Origin: an uncultured bacterium | GTDB taxonomy: Bacteria; Bacillota_I; Bacilli_A; RF39; UBA660 | DNA length: 40,085 bases | Assembly (NCBI GenBank): GCA_949293285.1 | Contig: CASFCU010000027.1 | Coordinates: forward strand, 1-40,085 | Reading direction: 5' to 3' | Part shown: in pieces, positions 37,654-40,085 of the stretch | Layout: every line of letters starts with the position of its first letter | Position numbering within the stretch: position 1 is the first letter of the stretch | The notes under the pieces: generated by a model | What the model saw: only the letters and a program-made list of their open reading frames with translations | What the model was told of the DNA's origin: nothing | Databases searched by the model: none | Program-made: the position numbers and the translations under genes

Positions 37654-37776
37654 TATCATAACAATAGGAGTGCTGCACAATTAAAAATCAAACTCTAAAA
37701 AAGGCAGGAAGAAAAAAGTTTTAAAAAAGATATAATCGATGATATAATTAACATATGATGAATAAAGAGGTGTATT

Positions 37777-38583
37777 ATGATATCTATTATAGTTTTGGCA
37801 ATCATTCAAGGAATAGCAGAATTTCTACCTATATCTTCATCTGCTCACCTAATCATACTAAGGGACTTGTTAGGTATTGGAAATAATGTAATCACAAGTA
37901 ATCTAGAACTTACTTTTGATGTAGCACTACACTTTGGTACTGCTCTTGCCATCATCGTTTATTTCTTTTTTGAATTTTGGAACATGGCAGTTAAGGGTTT
38001 TACTAAAGGATTAAAAGATAAAAATGGTAAAATAATGTGGTATATTATAGCAGCTACCATTCCGGCTGCCATAGTTGGAGTACTTTTTGAAGATGTCATA
38101 GAAGAAGTAATAAGAGCCAAATATTCTATTATAGCTATAGCATTAATGACTATGGGAATTATAATCTACCTGGTAGATAAAAAGATGCCAAGAGAAAAAG
38201 AAATAAAAGACATGACTCTAAAAGATGCCATTATAATAGGATGCAGTCAAGTTTTTGCACTCATTCCTGGATTTTCAAGAAGTGGGACAACAATAGCAAC
38301 AGGAAGACTATTGCATTTGAAAAGGGAAGATGCTGCTAAATTTTCTTTCTACTTATCAGCACCGGTTGTGTTAGGAGCCGTAGTTTTACAACTATTAAAA
38401 ATTGATTTTGCAACTATAACAGAGAATATAGGCATTTTTTTATTAGGAATCGTAATATCTTTCATTACTGGGATTTTATGTATTAAATTTTTACTCAAAT
38501 ATTTACGTAGTAATGATTTTAAAATATTTATGTGGTATAGATTAGTACTTGGTATATTGGTACTTATATATATATTCATATAA
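37777..38583 (+). CDS. uppP: Undecaprenyl-diphosphate phosphatase
   Basis: QGIAEFLPISSSAHL and ALIPGFSRSGTTI motifs; polytopic membrane protein. Confidence 0.96.
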   Translation: MISIIVLAIIQGIAEFLPISSSAHLIILRDLLGIGNNVITSNLELTFDVALHFGTALAIIVYFFFEFWNMAVKGFTKGLKDKNGKIMWYIIAATIPAAIVGVLFEDVIEEVIRAKYSIIAIALMTMGIIIYLVDKKMPREKEIKDMTLKDAIIIGCSQVFALIPGFSRSGTTIATGRLLHLKREDAAKFSFYLSAPVVLGAVVLQLLKIDFATITENIGIFLLGIVISFITGILCIKFLLKYLRSNDFKIFMWYRLVLGILVLIYIFI

Positions 38584-38670
38584 AGAAAATAGTAGTAGAT
38601 TATCATTTGAATTCTACTTAGTACTTTGCTGAACCGTATGATATCACATGTTAAAAAATTAATTTTTTGT

Positions 38671-38698
38671 TTGCTTTTTTTGGTAGTTGTGTTATAAT
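38671..38698 (+). promoter_or_regulatory. SigA-type promoter for tRNA-Lys
   Basis: TTGCTT-16 bp-TATAAT with TG extension. Confidence 0.65.
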
Positions 38699-38729
38699 TC
38701 TAAATGTATTAATTATTATTAATACATTT

Positions 38730-38805
38730 GGGCTGTTAGCTCAGTTGGTAGAGCAACTGACTCTTAATCAGTGGGTCTAGGGTTCGAATCCCTAACAGCC
38801 CACCA
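38730..38805 (+). tRNA. tRNA-Lys(CTT)
   Basis: GGGCTGT...ACAGCCC acceptor stem, anticodon arm ACTGA-CTCTTAA-TCAGT, TTCGAAT T-loop, encoded CCA. Confidence 0.97.
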
Positions 38806-38818
38806 TAGGGAAATTAGT

Positions 38819-38842
38819 CGAACTAGAAATAGTTCGTTTTTT
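38819..38842 (+). terminator. Intrinsic terminator after tRNA-Lys
   Basis: CGAACTA-gaaa-TAGTTCG plus T6. Confidence 0.85.
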
Positions 38843-38859
38843 AATGAATGTTAAACAGT

Positions 38860-38892
38860 GTGGTCGAAAAGTGGTCGAAAAGTGGTCGAATA
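38860..38892. repeat. Three tandem 11-bp direct repeats (candidate tyrosine-integrase arm-type sites)
   Basis: GTGGTCGAAAA GTGGTCGAAAA GTGGTCGAATA, about 55 bp downstream of the tRNA 3' end. Confidence 0.85.
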
Positions 38893-38894
38893 CA

Positions 38895-38923
38895 TTGATA
38901 ATATTCTTTGTTTTGTATATAAT
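38895..38923 (+). promoter_or_regulatory. SigA-type promoter
   Basis: TTGATA-17 bp-TATAAT. Confidence 0.7.
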
Positions 38924-38940
38924 ATTATTGGGTGATAAAA

Positions 38941-40085
38941 ATGTATAGAGAAGATCAAGAAACGGAATTAAAGGTTGAGCTTACAAAAGATATAAAGAAA
39001 GAAATAGTTGCTTTTGCAAATACAAATAATGGAACTATTTATATTGGTATAGATGATAATGGGAAAATTATTGGTTTAAAACAAGCAGAAAAAGATTTGG
39101 AAGCATTAAGTGGAATGATTCGTGAGGGAATTAAATCTGATTTAACTCTTTATACTAAAATATATATTGAAAGAATTGAAGATAAAGATATAATTATAGT
39201 CAAAGTTAATGAAGCACCAAATAAGCCTTATTATCTATCTGATAAAGGTTTAAAATCATCAGGTGTTTATTTAAGACATGGAAATGTATCAGTACAAGCT
39301 AATGAAGAAGTTATTAAAAAGTTGTTAATAGAAAGTAATAGTAATTCTTTTGAAAATAACGTTTCAAATATTCAAGATTTACACTTTGAATATTTAAAAA
39401 ATATTTTTAAAAATCACAATATCGAAATCGATAATAACAAATTTAAAGCTCTAAATATTATCAACTCAAATAATAAATATACTAATTTAGGACTACTTTT
39501 ATCAGATGAATGTCCTTATTCAATAAAATGTGCAATTTTTAATGGAACTAATAAATTGGAATTTAGGGATAGAAAAGAGTTTACAGGTTCAGTTTTAAAA
39601 CAAGTAAATGACACATTTGAATATCTTGCTTTATATAATAAAACAAAAGGAAAAATTATAGGACTTGAAAGAATTGATACTAAAGATTATCCAGAATATG
39701 CACTTAGAGAATCGTTATTAAATGCAGTTATACATAGGGACTATAATTTTACGGGTAGTATATTAGTGTCGTTATTCGATGATCATTTTGAAATCACTTC
39801 TTTAGGAGGACTAGTCAAAGGTATTAGTATTGAAGATCTATACAATGGTGTATCAGAATCCAGAAATCCTAATTTAGCTAATATATTTTATAGATTAAAA
39901 TATGTTGAAAGTTTTGGTACTGGTATTGGGAGAATCATCGAATCCTATAAAGAATATGATAAAGAACCGTTAATATTAAATACTGAAAACACATTTAAAG
40001 TAACTTTATATAATGTTAATTATATAAAAGAAAATAATATAAAAATACTACCCACAAATTTAACTCAAGAAGAACAAATCATTGA
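38941..40085 (+). CDS. Schlafen/AlbA_2 plus HATPase_c_4 protein (often annotated RecG-like or transcriptional regulator), 3'-truncated; absent from the ORF track
   Basis: Manual translation: MYREDQETELK...KEIVAFANTNNGTIYIGIDDNG...KPYY...VYLRHG...YPEYALRESLLNAVIHRDY...SLGGL...SRNPNLANIFYRLKYVESFGTGIGRI; frame open to the window end. Confidence 0.9.
   Translation, partial: MYREDQETELKVELTKDIKKEIVAFANTNNGTIYIGIDDNGKIIGLKQAEKDLEALSGMIREGIKSDLTLYTKIYIERIEDKDIIIVKVNEAPNKPYYLSDKGLKSSGVYLRHGNVSVQANEEVIKKLLIESNSNSFENNVSNIQDLHFEYLKNIFKNHNIEIDNNKFKALNIINSNNKYTNLGLLLSDECPYSIKCAIFNGTNKLEFRDRKEFTGSVLKQVNDTFEYLALYNKTKGKIIGLERIDTKDYPEYALRESLLNAVIHRDYNFTGSILVSLFDDHFEITSLGGLVKGISIEDLYNGVSESRNPNLANIFYRLKYVESFGTGIGRIIESYKEYDKEPLILNTENTFKVTLYNVNYIKENNIKILPTNLTQEEQII

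Noticed and set aside
38860-38892. Direct repeats as a CRISPR array or Spo0A boxes
   Set aside because: 11-bp units with no spacers and no cas genes; GGTCGAA does not match TGNCGAA.

Overview
AT-rich chromosomal segment of a low-GC, apparently genome-reduced Firmicute (Bacilli). An RF39-like gut lineage is my inference from gene content and style and is not verified. Translation table 11 applies and all but one gene lie on the + strand. Most of the window is housekeeping: a 5'-truncated hybrid histidine kinase, fmt, tRNA-Ile/Asn/Glu, yqeG-yqeH, topA, polA-mutM, truB, T-box-controlled hisS-aspS, lon, uppP and tRNA-Lys(CTT). It also carries a compact sporulation/cell-shape block (SPOR-like gene, radC, mreC, mreD, spoIVFA, spoIVFB, murE, intact pro-sigK), a four-gene redox operon (pilin-like protein, cysteine desulfurase, thioredoxin, thioredoxin-CcdA fusion), and an alpha/beta-hydrolase-murF-ddl operon preceded by a WalR-type direct repeat. 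An rsgA-like gene is frameshifted at a T8 tract. The right end looks like the edge of a genomic island at tRNA-Lys, with three 11-bp arm-type repeats followed by a Schlafen/AlbA_2-HATPase gene that runs off the window. No CRISPR array, rRNA, transposase or integrase gene is visible. No complete new system can be proven from sequence alone; the best leads are the redox operon, the WalR-box cell-wall operon, the atypical T-box platform, the probable ATT start of spoIVFB and the island edge.
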